Shown here one piece after another: positions 19,013 through 28,357 of a stretch of DNA of 64,000 nucleotides (positions are counted from its first letter, which is position 1; each line of letters opens with the position of its first letter). A model generated the notes under the pieces. It was not told the DNA's origin and did not search any database. It was given only the letters and a program-made list of their open reading frames with translations. The DNA is from a virus (Duplodnaviria > Caudoviricetes): IMG/VR virus record IMGVR_UViG_3300037067_013058, positions 15,060-79,059 of that record. The stretch is one strand, 5' to 3'. The translations under genes and the position numbers were made by a program.

Positions 19013-19398
19013 TACTTCTCAATATAGTTCGGTGGCTCAGGAAAAATACGAACAGGCCAATACAGAGTATAGGTATCCGCAGTATGTCCTACATCTAAAT
19101 GACAAATGCCCTTCTTACTTGGCCTATCCTTCCACGTATACCAGTACCAGCCCTCTTCCTGTGGTGGATCAAGTGTCCAATCTGGTTCATCCATTAAAGG
19201 AATCTTTCGCAGCCTTTCTTCCAGATGCTTCAAACCTTCCCAAACGGTACAAGTTCCTCTGCCATTATCAGTCAATTGCTGAACATTTCCAGGAAGGATT
19301 TTCTCCAGATATTGGGTACCACCGGCATTCTTGTATGGATCACTTGGATCGTAGCTGCTCATTTTGGTAGCCCCTTCCACTTCCAGTCTTTTGTACAC
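19012..19398 (-). CDS. Hypothetical protein
   Basis: 128 aa; C-terminal PPQEEGWYWY motif common in phage small proteins. Confidence 0.5.
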   Translation of the reverse strand: MYKRLEVEGATKMSSYDPSDPYKNAGGTQYLEKILPGNVQQLTDNGRGTCTVWEGLKHLEERLRKIPLMDEPDWTLDPPQEEGWYWYTWKDRPSKKGICHLDVGHTADTYTLYWPVRIFPEPPNYIEK

Positions 19399-19991
19399 TT
19401 TTCCTTATCAAAACAGTCTTTGCACTTAATCAAACCTTTCCAACAAGGCTTTTCTTTTACTTCATCAGGAACAATACATTCACATTCCATTGGCCCGTCT
19501 TTTTCCTCGGTCCAACCAACATCACCACATTTCTCACATTTTGGAACAATACCACTCAACCATTCCTTCACCTCTCTCAAATGAAGAAATGTTGGCAAAC
19601 CAATTCTCTTTGCCAATTCGTATTCAGCCAAAGAACCCGCAGACTGTTTCCAACCACTAACGAAAATTACGGCATCACATTTGCCCATCAATTCGAGATC
19701 AGCCTTTAGCCAAAAATCAATTGGCTGAATATCCTCGAAATATGGCCGTGTATTCGAATGTGGACAAACCGGATAAGCACCTACCTTTGCCACTTCAATT
19801 GCCAAATTCTCGGCATTGTGAACGTTTTGCTCAGTCCCCCACCGTGTTTCAGATCTGTAGGGACCGGAAATGAAAACCAGCTTTATCTTATCCGGAATTT
19901 CAGGGGTCATCCACTCCTCCTCCACACGTTTCTTATACGCGGCAAAAGCAATGTCCAAGCCTTCCCACAGTGTTACCTTTTTATCAGTCAT
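19359..19991 (-). CDS. DUF4406/DUF1937-like (nucleoside deoxyribosyltransferase-fold) protein
   Basis: VFISGPY...PVCPH...CDAVIFVSGWKQSAGSLAEYELAKRIGLP; start adjusted to the ATG at 19991, overlapping the upstream TGA. Confidence 0.68.
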   Translation of the reverse strand: MTDKKVTLWEGLDIAFAAYKKRVEEEWMTPEIPDKIKLVFISGPYRSETRWGTEQNVHNAENLAIEVAKVGAYPVCPHSNTRPYFEDIQPIDFWLKADLELMGKCDAVIFVSGWKQSAGSLAEYELAKRIGLPTFLHLREVKEWLSGIVPKCEKCGDVGWTEEKDGPMECECIVPDEVKEKPCWKGLIKCKDCFDKEKCTKDWKWKGLPK

Positions 19992-20377
19992 CAGATCTTT
20001 TCCCACGCTTCCTTGTAAATCTTCAAAAGAACACCATAAAGATTGTCCATAGCCTGCTTGGTGCTCTTCTTATGACTTTTCAGGGTACGAACAAGATCAA
20101 ACAATGAACCTTCCTCATTGCAATCTCGGTCAACCGCCTTCAACGGACAAGTAGAACAATCACTTTCCTTATCATACAGAGAACACATACCACAATCACC
20201 TGATCCACGATTTGGATTATCAGGTCGCCACTTTGCTACAGAAAGAGCAGCAGCAAAAGCAGAACGATATTTCTTAGGCATTTCGTCTAACGCTTTGGTA
20301 TAAGTACAATCCCTATTATCCCGCTGAAAATCAAAAATCTGCTGCCAAGTCCAATTCTTCATTTTAGTCATTTTCAT
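19991..20377 (-). CDS. Hypothetical protein (CxxC pairs)
   Basis: CGMC...CSTCPL; coupled. Confidence 0.5.
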   Translation of the reverse strand: MKMTKMKNWTWQQIFDFQRDNRDCTYTKALDEMPKKYRSAFAAALSVAKWRPDNPNRGSGDCGMCSLYDKESDCSTCPLKAVDRDCNEEGSLFDLVRTLKSHKKSTKQAMDNLYGVLLKIYKEAWEKI

Positions 20378-20750
20378 TTTCCTCCATTGTAATCTTCTCC
20401 ACAGTCCCTAGAACTCCACAAAAATCGCAGCGGAATGGAATACCTTTTTCTGCATTGGCACCCCAAACCTTTAAACAATTAGTACAGCGCACTTCGACCC
20501 TAGTAATCTGCTCTGGAACCTTTCCACGTCTCCATAAAGTATCCTTTGGGGATAAATCATGCCCAATGCCAACACCAGTACATCTTTGACCAGGACAATG
20601 AGCAACAGAACCCTCCCACCGGATAAAACGCGGAGAAATCTCTTTCCCACAATGTATGCAAAACAAAACACGACACCGCGCAACCACCTCACCGGTAACA
20701 GGGTCAATAACATCCTCAATTTTGGAGGCGTCAAACTCTTGCATTATCAA
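20364..20750 (-). CDS. Multi-zinc-ribbon hypothetical protein
   Basis: CIHC, C..C, CTNC, CDFC motifs. Confidence 0.55.
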   Translation of the reverse strand: MIMQEFDASKIEDVIDPVTGEVVARCRVLFCIHCGKEISPRFIRWEGSVAHCPGQRCTGVGIGHDLSPKDTLWRRGKVPEQITRVEVRCTNCLKVWGANAEKGIPFRCDFCGVLGTVEKITMEENEND

Positions 20751-21808
20751 ACCTCCGTTGTAATCTTCTCAAAAATCATTCCATCCCCAGCAACCAAACG
20801 CATTCGTACACCATCAACTTCAAGCACACAGTACGAAGTATCTCCCTCGTCTTCGACTGTCTCACCATATTGGAGAACAAAATTTTCAATCGTTTGGTAA
20901 TTCTCTTCGTGAATATCAGCAAACATGGACTCTGATACTTCAAGACGTTCCTTGGCTTCCAGATACATATTGAAAATTGGCAAAAACTCAGCAAGCGCCT
21001 TCTTATACAAGTCTTCCGAACTCTCTACAAACTCCCGCTTCCCATTAGGAGGTGGAATTGGCGCAGCCGTTGGCACACTATTAGCTAACTTTATTACCCG
21101 ATACTTGCCCTCTAGGACATCGGATTGTAGAACTGACCAAAGCGCTGTGCCCCCGTTTACGCGGCACATCAAATGAACAACATTATCAACCGTTTCAAGA
21201 CCAACTACCACAACTTGAATTTTGTCAGCATGGGCAAGCTCCCAGTCAAAATTAGCTGGATTTTGCCAGAATACTTCGCCATGTAGCATAATCTCTGAGC
21301 CAATCGGAATTTGGCTGAGTACCTTTTGTGGAGATGTTGGGATAGGTGCTGACTTTTCCATAGATTCACAAGCTGTTGCTGACTTTTCCACTGCTGCGTC
21401 AACAATCCATGCAGACTCAACAAGGTCTTTACGATCCGAAGGTTCATGGGCAGGGGTAGAAGATTCCGCAGCCTTTGTCTCAGGAATTACGACAGGATTA
21501 GCGTCTAATTCCGTGTACATTTGACCATTATCGTCCATTGGGGATTCTAGAACATCCTTGGCATCAAAATAAGAATACCCATCCACAGGGTTCTGGTTGG
21601 CACGTAGAACCTCGTCACCCACGGAAGGCTCTGGGATAGCTGGAATTGGCAAACTAGGCTCAGATTGGCTGTCGGATGCCTCTGGTGATGAATTAGCTGT
21701 ATCTTTGCCATGCTTTACCGTAATATGGCGCTTTAACCCTGAAAGTTTGAAAGGCTGTTGGCAAATCGGACATAGCGTACCCTCATTAGGCGTTCCATCT
21801 TTTGTCAT
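20747..21808 (-). CDS. Hypothetical protein with N-terminal C2H2 zinc finger
   Basis: CPICQQPFKLSGLKRHITVKH followed by an acidic Pro/Ser-rich linker. Confidence 0.6.
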   Translation of the reverse strand: MTKDGTPNEGTLCPICQQPFKLSGLKRHITVKHGKDTANSSPEASDSQSEPSLPIPAIPEPSVGDEVLRANQNPVDGYSYFDAKDVLESPMDDNGQMYTELDANPVVIPETKAAESSTPAHEPSDRKDLVESAWIVDAAVEKSATACESMEKSAPIPTSPQKVLSQIPIGSEIMLHGEVFWQNPANFDWELAHADKIQVVVVGLETVDNVVHLMCRVNGGTALWSVLQSDVLEGKYRVIKLANSVPTAAPIPPPNGKREFVESSEDLYKKALAEFLPIFNMYLEAKERLEVSESMFADIHEENYQTIENFVLQYGETVEDEGDTSYCVLEVDGVRMRLVAGDGMIFEKITTEV

Positions 21809-21820
21809 TTTGAATATCCT

Positions 21821-22255
21821 TTACAGTTTCGAACCGGCAATTAGCCAATTTGATAGAACATTATTGATAGACTTACCCGTTGCCTTAGAAACATCCCGTG
21901 CCATATTGTGAACCCTTAGCGGAAAATAGAGCAGAATCCTTGACATTAGCGGATCATCATAGCTGTCATTAATTACTTTGAAAAACTTCTCTTTTCCGTC
22001 CTTGATAATCTCAATTGCGCCAGCCTCTTTCAAATATCTTACGCCATTTGATAGGATATGAGGATTGTAAATATCTGTGTGAAAATAATCATTTAGATAT
22101 ACCTGGATCATGTCCATAGTAACATTAGCGTTATGTTTACTGAGTACATTGATGGAATTTACGATATTTCGTCTAATCGTAATAACATCAGCACTAGTAC
22201 GTTTTCGCTGATGCTTTGGGAGAATTGCTTCGGTTCTAGGTGTAAATTTATCCAC
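21821..22255 (-). CDS. Putative winged-helix transcription regulator
   Basis: Basic; TMDMIQVYL...LSNGVRYLKEAGAI..KDGKEKFFKV wHTH-like; first gene after a promoter, with AAAGGAG RBS. Confidence 0.5.
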   Translation of the reverse strand: MDKFTPRTEAILPKHQRKRTSADVITIRRNIVNSINVLSKHNANVTMDMIQVYLNDYFHTDIYNPHILSNGVRYLKEAGAIEIIKDGKEKFFKVINDSYDDPLMSRILLYFPLRVHNMARDVSKATGKSINNVLSNWLIAGSKL

Positions 22256-22300
22256 AACATTACTCCTTTAATGGGCGTGATAATGCCCGGTATATTGCCT

Positions 22301-22328
22301 AATATAGTGACGAATTTTGGGTTGTCAA
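22301..22328 (-). promoter_or_regulatory. Sigma70-like promoter TTGACA-N16-TATATT
   Basis: Minus strand: TTGACA (22328-22323), 16-nt spacer, TATATT (22306-22301), upstream of the early/middle gene block. Confidence 0.65.
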
Positions 22329-22336
22329 GGGGTTGT

Positions 22337-23164
22337 TCACTCAGGAACACAAGAATAATCGAAAATCACCATGTCAAAAATGCAGCGGAAACCTTCGTCA
22401 CAGGCGGGATTACCTGTACCACACTCACAAACACGATCCTCACCACTCCCGCCACAGGTACTTCCACCATTTTCGTAACAATTATTTGTACAAGAATCAC
22501 AAAACATATCTGCAAAGTTCAGATCGCACTCAGCCCCGGAATAGAGAGGAACACATACACCTGCAACACATTCTCCAGTATATCCGGCCCCGGCAGGACA
22601 ACCTGTACGTGCCCTATTAGGACCCAAACCCGCAAGTGTTGACCAATAAACATACCCATCAGTAACCAAAATATTACAAACAGAATTTGGATCATCGTAC
22701 TCGTCATAAGGATCTACATACCAGGCCCCCCACTCAATATTAGTCAAGGAACAAGAAGGGCTAATCCCGTCGCACACCGTCTCCCCTTGACGAATTTCGT
22801 CCCCACTACCACAAACTGTGGGCTCAGGACACCTAAACTGGAAAGGCTCCATCGTATCAGGATGAAAACTATCTGATACAATCTCAGGCAAAATGTCTGG
22901 AACACACGCTGCGCCCCCAAGAGCTACCTCTCCGGAAATACAACATGATCCTGCATCACAAGGAAGACCTGTCCCAGAATCAATGCCTGAATCAGAACTT
23001 GTCTCTGTGTCTGCATCAGAATCGGAGCTTGAATCTTCCCCAGCATCAACCGCTTCCGTCTCCGTGTCGAGTCCCGAATCTTCTACAACAAAAAGACGAG
23101 GAAACTCCCCCGTAGATGAACAGCCAGAACAAACAACCAAAAACAGCAAAACTAGATTTTTCAT
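22337..23164 (-). CDS. Cys-rich, acidic lipoprotein-like protein
   Basis: Start ATG at 23164 (MKNLVLLFLVVCSGC: signal plus lipobox-like motif), D/S/T-rich linker (DSGLDTETEAVDAGEDSSSDSDADTET), over 20 Cys in the C-terminal part. Confidence 0.7.
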   Translation of the reverse strand: MKNLVLLFLVVCSGCSSTGEFPRLFVVEDSGLDTETEAVDAGEDSSSDSDADTETSSDSGIDSGTGLPCDAGSCCISGEVALGGAACVPDILPEIVSDSFHPDTMEPFQFRCPEPTVCGSGDEIRQGETVCDGISPSCSLTNIEWGAWYVDPYDEYDDPNSVCNILVTDGYVYWSTLAGLGPNRARTGCPAGAGYTGECVAGVCVPLYSGAECDLNFADMFCDSCTNNCYENGGSTCGGSGEDRVCECGTGNPACDEGFRCIFDMVIFDYSCVPE

Positions 23165-23186
23165 GTCAACCACCTTTCTACAAGGT

Positions 23187-23214
23187 AATATAACCACTAG
23201 ATTTGATGTGTCAA
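23187..23214 (-). promoter_or_regulatory. Sigma70-like promoter TTGACA-N16-TATATT
   Basis: Minus strand: TTGACA (23214-23209), 16-nt spacer, TATATT (23192-23187); same hexamers and spacing as the 22.3-kb promoter. Confidence 0.65.
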
Positions 23215-23230
23215 GCAGAAAAAGAAAAGT

Positions 23231-26200
23231 CTACCACCATTCTGTATCGGCGGTAGTTGTACCTGTGTTTCTGGACTTAACGTTGGCTTTAGGATAAGCA
23301 GGGGCCGTTGTATATGTCTCTGCAACAAAGTTTATTGTGTCAGCAAACTCAAAAGGCGTAGTACAGTGTACGTTAACAATAGGACCTCCAGTCAAAATAA
23401 CACTAGAAAGCCCCGTATTCGCATGATTTGCGCTGTCAATGTTGATAGTGTTTCCAAGAACATTAGCACGGCACAAAGTGCCTACTCCGCTGAGACGACA
23501 GTAAAACTCATAAATCGCCCCACCAATATCATTAGAAGCTTTGATTTTATTGTTTAATGCGCTAATATTGGACAAAGCCAGAGAAGCCGTATCAATATAA
23601 ATACCGTGTGCGCCCAATAAAACTGAGTTATCAAGATAGTTACCTGAAATAGATGTTGCTCCATAACAATCATGCAAATAAATATGGTATACTGTTCCTA
23701 CAATTGCTCCTGTTTTGTAAGACCTATTATTGTCAACAGAAACGCTATCTGAAACATCCAACCACACATTTGCACTTAAAGCCCCCAGACTTCCGTTTAG
23801 TGTTAAATTATTCCCGATAATATTCGTCTGGAGGGGCCAAGAGGTTCTACCAATAATGCACCCACCCCCCGTCAATATGCAGCCTGTATAATTACAAGCA
23901 TTAGAAGGAGTAGAACACACAACATTGGAGGAAACAGAACTCAGAACAACATTAGAATCCATGTAAATACCAACAGACTTAGTATTAATCCTGTTCCCGG
24001 AGACATCAAACGTACAAGAAACGCCATCTCCCTTAAGGTGCAGCCCTGTCCAATTTACGTCAATACTGTTCCCGCTAATTACCGATTTCAAAGTTGGTAA
24101 TGCCGTACCCTTTGGGAAACAACGAATCCCGTCACCACGAACAGTAGTTAATGCACCCGTAAATGAAATGTTGTTGTTCGAAATTACACTATTAGTCAAA
24201 TTATTGTAAATTCCATAAACAAAAGTAGCGTCATTAACAACAGCGCCAGCAATCATCAATGAATTACTTGCAACATTATTGCTGTTGCATGTTACTGCCA
24301 TGACATCATCAAAACTACTTGGTCCATCAATGTGAATACCGGCAGAAACAGAAGTAGAATCAGTAATGTCTCCCCAGAAACCGGCCACATTATTTCCATT
24401 TACCGCTAACCCATTCAAACCTGTAGTATGCCCAGAATCCAAATTTATATTACAATAAATTCCGTAGGCATTTTCATCAGCAGACAACATACCTCGAATA
24501 TTGTTATTCGATACAGACAACGCCCTGCAATCCAGGAAACTCGCCGCACCGCCAGCAGCAGTAATCGCTACACGAACCCCAAAAACAGAAGTACCCCCGG
24601 CGAGAGTAGCAAAAGTTCTCATTGTATTTCCACAAAGTGACAAACCATCCAAACTCGAAATTCCACCAAGAACAAACGTGCTCTCCATACAAACACCAAA
24701 AATATTTCCCAAAGCACTGGAAAAATTCGTTAGTGTGTTATCAGAAACTATGATATTACCAACAGAAATACCATCGTCAATTAATCCGTAAAGGTAAATA
24801 CCTTGTAAATCATTTCCGTACAAAGCTACACCGCCAGCATTCTTTGCAAAAATTGACAATGAGTTCCCACGAATTGTTACATCACTCAAAGTTGTCCAAG
24901 TTCCTGTTAATGCACTAACACTAATACCGGAGTGATACCCACCATTAATCGTGTTCCCTTCAATTTGTAGAGAAGAAATAGCATTTGATGCCACCCAAAT
25001 ACTAATGCCCATTTCAGACATTGTATTCCCACGAATAACCGCACCACCATGAATAACAAAAACCCCAATACCTACGTGTGAGGCAGAACCAGAAACCCTT
25101 TTCACAGTGTTATTTATAATCTTTGGAATACCATCTCCACTTGTATCAAAATAAATTCCATACTGTGGAGCAGTATCAGCACCAGTACCAATCTCAATTA
25201 TATTTCCATCAATTATAAAATCACCGTTTGTAGTCCCTGAAAACACCCCTGAAATTGCAGGCGTGAATGTACCTGCATTATTAGTAATGATTTTGTTATT
25301 CTTAATATGAATGTCATACCCAATAACATTTATCAAACTCGTACCAACAGAATTCTGAGACTGAGTTATAGAATTGTTCTCCACCCACCAATCGTACAGC
25401 GTTGTAGATCCACCAACAGTCATTACGAAACAACTTCTCGTACTACATTTGTTATTCCTTAGCCGCACACCATTTTTATCAATTGCCGAAACCATGAAAT
25501 AGTCGTTCGTCGCAGCAGTTGACGTATACACACAACCTTCTACTGTACAATTCGACGCCAAACCAATTGCCACAGCACCATCAACCGTTGTGCTAATATA
25601 AACATTTCTTACCGTACAATTGTTAGATAATTGCCAAGCCCCTGTAGCAGATATTACGCTGATATTAACGGCAGATGAGGAAGAATTCTTGCCTATAACA
25701 TCTACGTTGGAGGGTTGCGTAATGGCGCTTGGAATATAGGACAAGCCGTTTAATTGGATTTCAATTCTGTAATCCCTTGTTGAGCGAAGAGATGCGTAAA
25801 GAAATGCGGTGTATAATGAGTCGAATGCTGACAAAGCGGAGGAGGAAGTGAAGGAGGAAACTGACCACTCGTAGACAGGGCCATTTACGTTTCTCATCAG
25901 ATTTGTATATGAAGAAATTGCGCCAGCCGCAGTGACAATAGAGTAAAGCACAACTCCGCGTTCTGGTGAGTCTGTAGCATCAGTGGCTTCATATACGCTG
26001 CTGACCCAAGGTGTGAGATGTGTTGATCCAATTACATAAGCCGCAGCATCTGGAATGCTCCCTGCGAAGTCTGCTGTGACCGGGATAATTCGCATTGTCC
26101 CGCCAGCATCCAAATAGATTAGATTTATTTCATTGTCATACAACGTTTGTGCAGAACCCACGTAATCAATTCTCTTACCACGACAATAATAACCACCACC

Positions 26201-28114
26201 ACGGAAATTAAGGGTCAAGCCAGCAGCACCATAATATGCGAAATCATAATATGCCGTATTGCGCCGATAAAGAACACCGGATTCATGGAGTTCATCATTT
26301 TCGCTATATGAAAGTGCTTGCAATGCCGAGTCGGACATAACGTCAATAGCGAGAGTCCCCCAAATTCTCTTATCTACTACTGCGCGGGCTGCTGGCGTAT
26401 AAGGTTTGTATCCAATTGCAAAGCGCGCGGGGCCTGCTAGTGGATCCCACCAGCCAACAACAGAAGCAACTTGAACATTCTGTGTCCAATCCGGAGAGGT
26501 ATACACAACTATGCTATCGGCGTAAACTCCAACCCCAGGAAGATTCCCATCTGGAGCAAGAACAGCGTCACCGCCACCAAAAGGAGGTGCAGGAGTATTG
26601 ACCAACAAATCCAACCAACCTTCAGATGTGTAATCATATAAACGAATTACTTGTGAAGCAGAGGCAAAGGGAACAACTACAGGCTCCCCAGCGTTAAAGG
26701 TAAAGGTAGCCGTAGCAACACCAACGGTCAAATTCAATGCAAGCCCCGCACTTGCAGGATATGATGCAGACATATCAACAAGCCACACACCAGTAATTGT
26801 GCGAGGACCACCAGACTCATCAATCATTGCTTTGTGATGAACTGCCGCAACACCTTCATCAGATAGATAAACTTCATATAGATGCGTGCCGCTGGTACTA
26901 CTCGGCACAACCGCAGGCTCAAACATAAAAGAAGTTGGAGCAAAGGAAGCAACACGTTTCCCATTGCAATAATAAGCATCAACACCAACAAGCGGAACTA
27001 AGGACAATTGATCAGCAGTTAATGGAAAACTTATTGTTGCTTGTGCAGCAGACGCAGAAGAAATTTTAATGAATCCATTTGAGTGCTCTAGATCGATATG
27101 CTCTGACAATAATCCAAGATCTGAGCCACTAAGATCCGAGATCGAATTTCCATGTGGGTTGTTTGGCGTAATTATGCCTGTGCCGATCATACTTCTGTGT
27201 AAATTATCCTCCGCTGTCAAACGGGGAATTTCTTGGTAATATAGATTATAGATCGTGGGCGTCTCATTAGTAACAACGCCAACAACAGTAGGAAGCATAG
27301 ACAAAATGACTTGAACAGTCATAAATGTTCCCGTGCTGCCGGGTAGGCTATAACTCCCATCCGCAGTAATAGGAACCCACGCAAACCCAGGTGGAACATT
27401 GGGGGGAGCAACCGGATGTGGAGCCATTCCATACGGCCCCCAACGAAGGAAATGCAATGGACCTGCGGCGCAATAATGTTGGAGCAATCCAATTCCCGGC
27501 AGTGTGTCAGATGAGATGGACAGAACAGTCACTCCCGGAATTGTTGTAAAAACCATTGGATCGCTATAGAGAAGCGCATCAAATGACGTGGGTGAAAAGA
27601 TATTGGAAGTTGTGATCGGAATTCCAATTCCGTTTGCACTAACTTTCCCGATAATGATGCATCGATCAATTGCATCATTTAAAATATTCGGATCAGTAGC
27701 AGGGAGCAAAGCGAAGTTAACTTCGGAGTATACACGAATTCTCCACGCCATTTCGGCACAAGTTGGAAGAGTGATCCCAGAACTTTCTGTGGGTTGCTTA
27801 TAGGTCGCCGATTCGGTGTATACCGCTACGATCACATTGACAGTATTCAATGTGTAGTCCTGCAATGCAATACTGAAGTATGCGCTATCCGTTTCTAAAT
27901 ACTCGCCATTAGGAGCAAATCCTGAAAGCAATGCAATGTCGATCTTAGTGAGATCGAGGGCATTCACTGTAATTGCCCCACCTGAGTAGATCCCCCTTGA
28001 GGTCCAATCAGTCCTACCCCTAAGTATCTCTGCGGCCTTTGTCAATTCTGTGCGATGTAGTGCAACGTGATCTACAAGGCAACTGTCCGGATATAGTGAC
28101 CTATTCATTTTCAA
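23231..28114 (-). CDS. Large tail fibre / receptor-binding protein with right-handed beta-helix repeats
   Basis: 1627 aa at the end of the baseplate cluster; C-terminal half has many (I/V)xxNxI repeats (ENNSIT, KNNKII, DGNIIE, RGNTMS, SNNNIS...). Start may be the ATG at 28108. Confidence 0.7.
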   Translation of the reverse strand: MKMNRSLYPDSCLVDHVALHRTELTKAAEILRGRTDWTSRGIYSGGAITVNALDLTKIDIALLSGFAPNGEYLETDSAYFSIALQDYTLNTVNVIVAVYTESATYKQPTESSGITLPTCAEMAWRIRVYSEVNFALLPATDPNILNDAIDRCIIIGKVSANGIGIPITTSNIFSPTSFDALLYSDPMVFTTIPGVTVLSISSDTLPGIGLLQHYCAAGPLHFLRWGPYGMAPHPVAPPNVPPGFAWVPITADGSYSLPGSTGTFMTVQVILSMLPTVVGVVTNETPTIYNLYYQEIPRLTAEDNLHRSMIGTGIITPNNPHGNSISDLSGSDLGLLSEHIDLEHSNGFIKISSASAAQATISFPLTADQLSLVPLVGVDAYYCNGKRVASFAPTSFMFEPAVVPSSTSGTHLYEVYLSDEGVAAVHHKAMIDESGGPRTITGVWLVDMSASYPASAGLALNLTVGVATATFTFNAGEPVVVPFASASQVIRLYDYTSEGWLDLLVNTPAPPFGGGDAVLAPDGNLPGVGVYADSIVVYTSPDWTQNVQVASVVGWWDPLAGPARFAIGYKPYTPAARAVVDKRIWGTLAIDVMSDSALQALSYSENDELHESGVLYRRNTAYYDFAYYGAAGLTLNFRGGGYYCRGKRIDYVGSAQTLYDNEINLIYLDAGGTMRIIPVTADFAGSIPDAAAYVIGSTHLTPWVSSVYEATDATDSPERGVVLYSIVTAAGAISSYTNLMRNVNGPVYEWSVSSFTSSSALSAFDSLYTAFLYASLRSTRDYRIEIQLNGLSYIPSAITQPSNVDVIGKNSSSSAVNISVISATGAWQLSNNCTVRNVYISTTVDGAVAIGLASNCTVEGCVYTSTAATNDYFMVSAIDKNGVRLRNNKCSTRSCFVMTVGGSTTLYDWWVENNSITQSQNSVGTSLINVIGYDIHIKNNKIITNNAGTFTPAISGVFSGTTNGDFIIDGNIIEIGTGADTAPQYGIYFDTSGDGIPKIINNTVKRVSGSASHVGIGVFVIHGGAVIRGNTMSEMGISIWVASNAISSLQIEGNTINGGYHSGISVSALTGTWTTLSDVTIRGNSLSIFAKNAGGVALYGNDLQGIYLYGLIDDGISVGNIIVSDNTLTNFSSALGNIFGVCMESTFVLGGISSLDGLSLCGNTMRTFATLAGGTSVFGVRVAITAAGGAASFLDCRALSVSNNNIRGMLSADENAYGIYCNINLDSGHTTGLNGLAVNGNNVAGFWGDITDSTSVSAGIHIDGPSSFDDVMAVTCNSNNVASNSLMIAGAVVNDATFVYGIYNNLTNSVISNNNISFTGALTTVRGDGIRCFPKGTALPTLKSVISGNSIDVNWTGLHLKGDGVSCTFDVSGNRINTKSVGIYMDSNVVLSSVSSNVVCSTPSNACNYTGCILTGGGCIIGRTSWPLQTNIIGNNLTLNGSLGALSANVWLDVSDSVSVDNNRSYKTGAIVGTVYHIYLHDCYGATSISGNYLDNSVLLGAHGIYIDTASLALSNISALNNKIKASNDIGGAIYEFYCRLSGVGTLCRANVLGNTINIDSANHANTGLSSVILTGGPIVNVHCTTPFEFADTINFVAETYTTAPAYPKANVKSRNTGTTTADTEWW

Positions 28115-28255
28115 TCTCCCTTAGCCATGCTTCCTTATCAAAATTTTCTGGAAGTTTTGCAATTTAATCCCACAATTCAAAAAAACCTTAGCACATATTA
28201 CACAAGCTTGTCTAAATCCCCAAAACAACAAAAAAGACTTAGAAACAAGTTTCCT

Positions 28256-28357
28256 AAATTTCTTGACATTCCTGTGGGTGTGGTTCTCATTCATCGAAGT
28301 GTAACCTCCGTGCCTTTGGGAAGACCCTCAGACACCGACCTGCACCCCAGGTCGTTT
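28256..28357 (-). ncRNA. Putative TnpB omega-RNA scaffold 3' part (right end at 28276) plus flanking guide
   Basis: Stem CGACCTG/CAGGTCG, second stem GTGTCT/AGGCAC, then GGAGGTTAC...ATGAGAACCACACCC; identity with the 54.9-kb copy stops after CCC. The 5' extent of the RNA is not defined. Confidence 0.6.
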
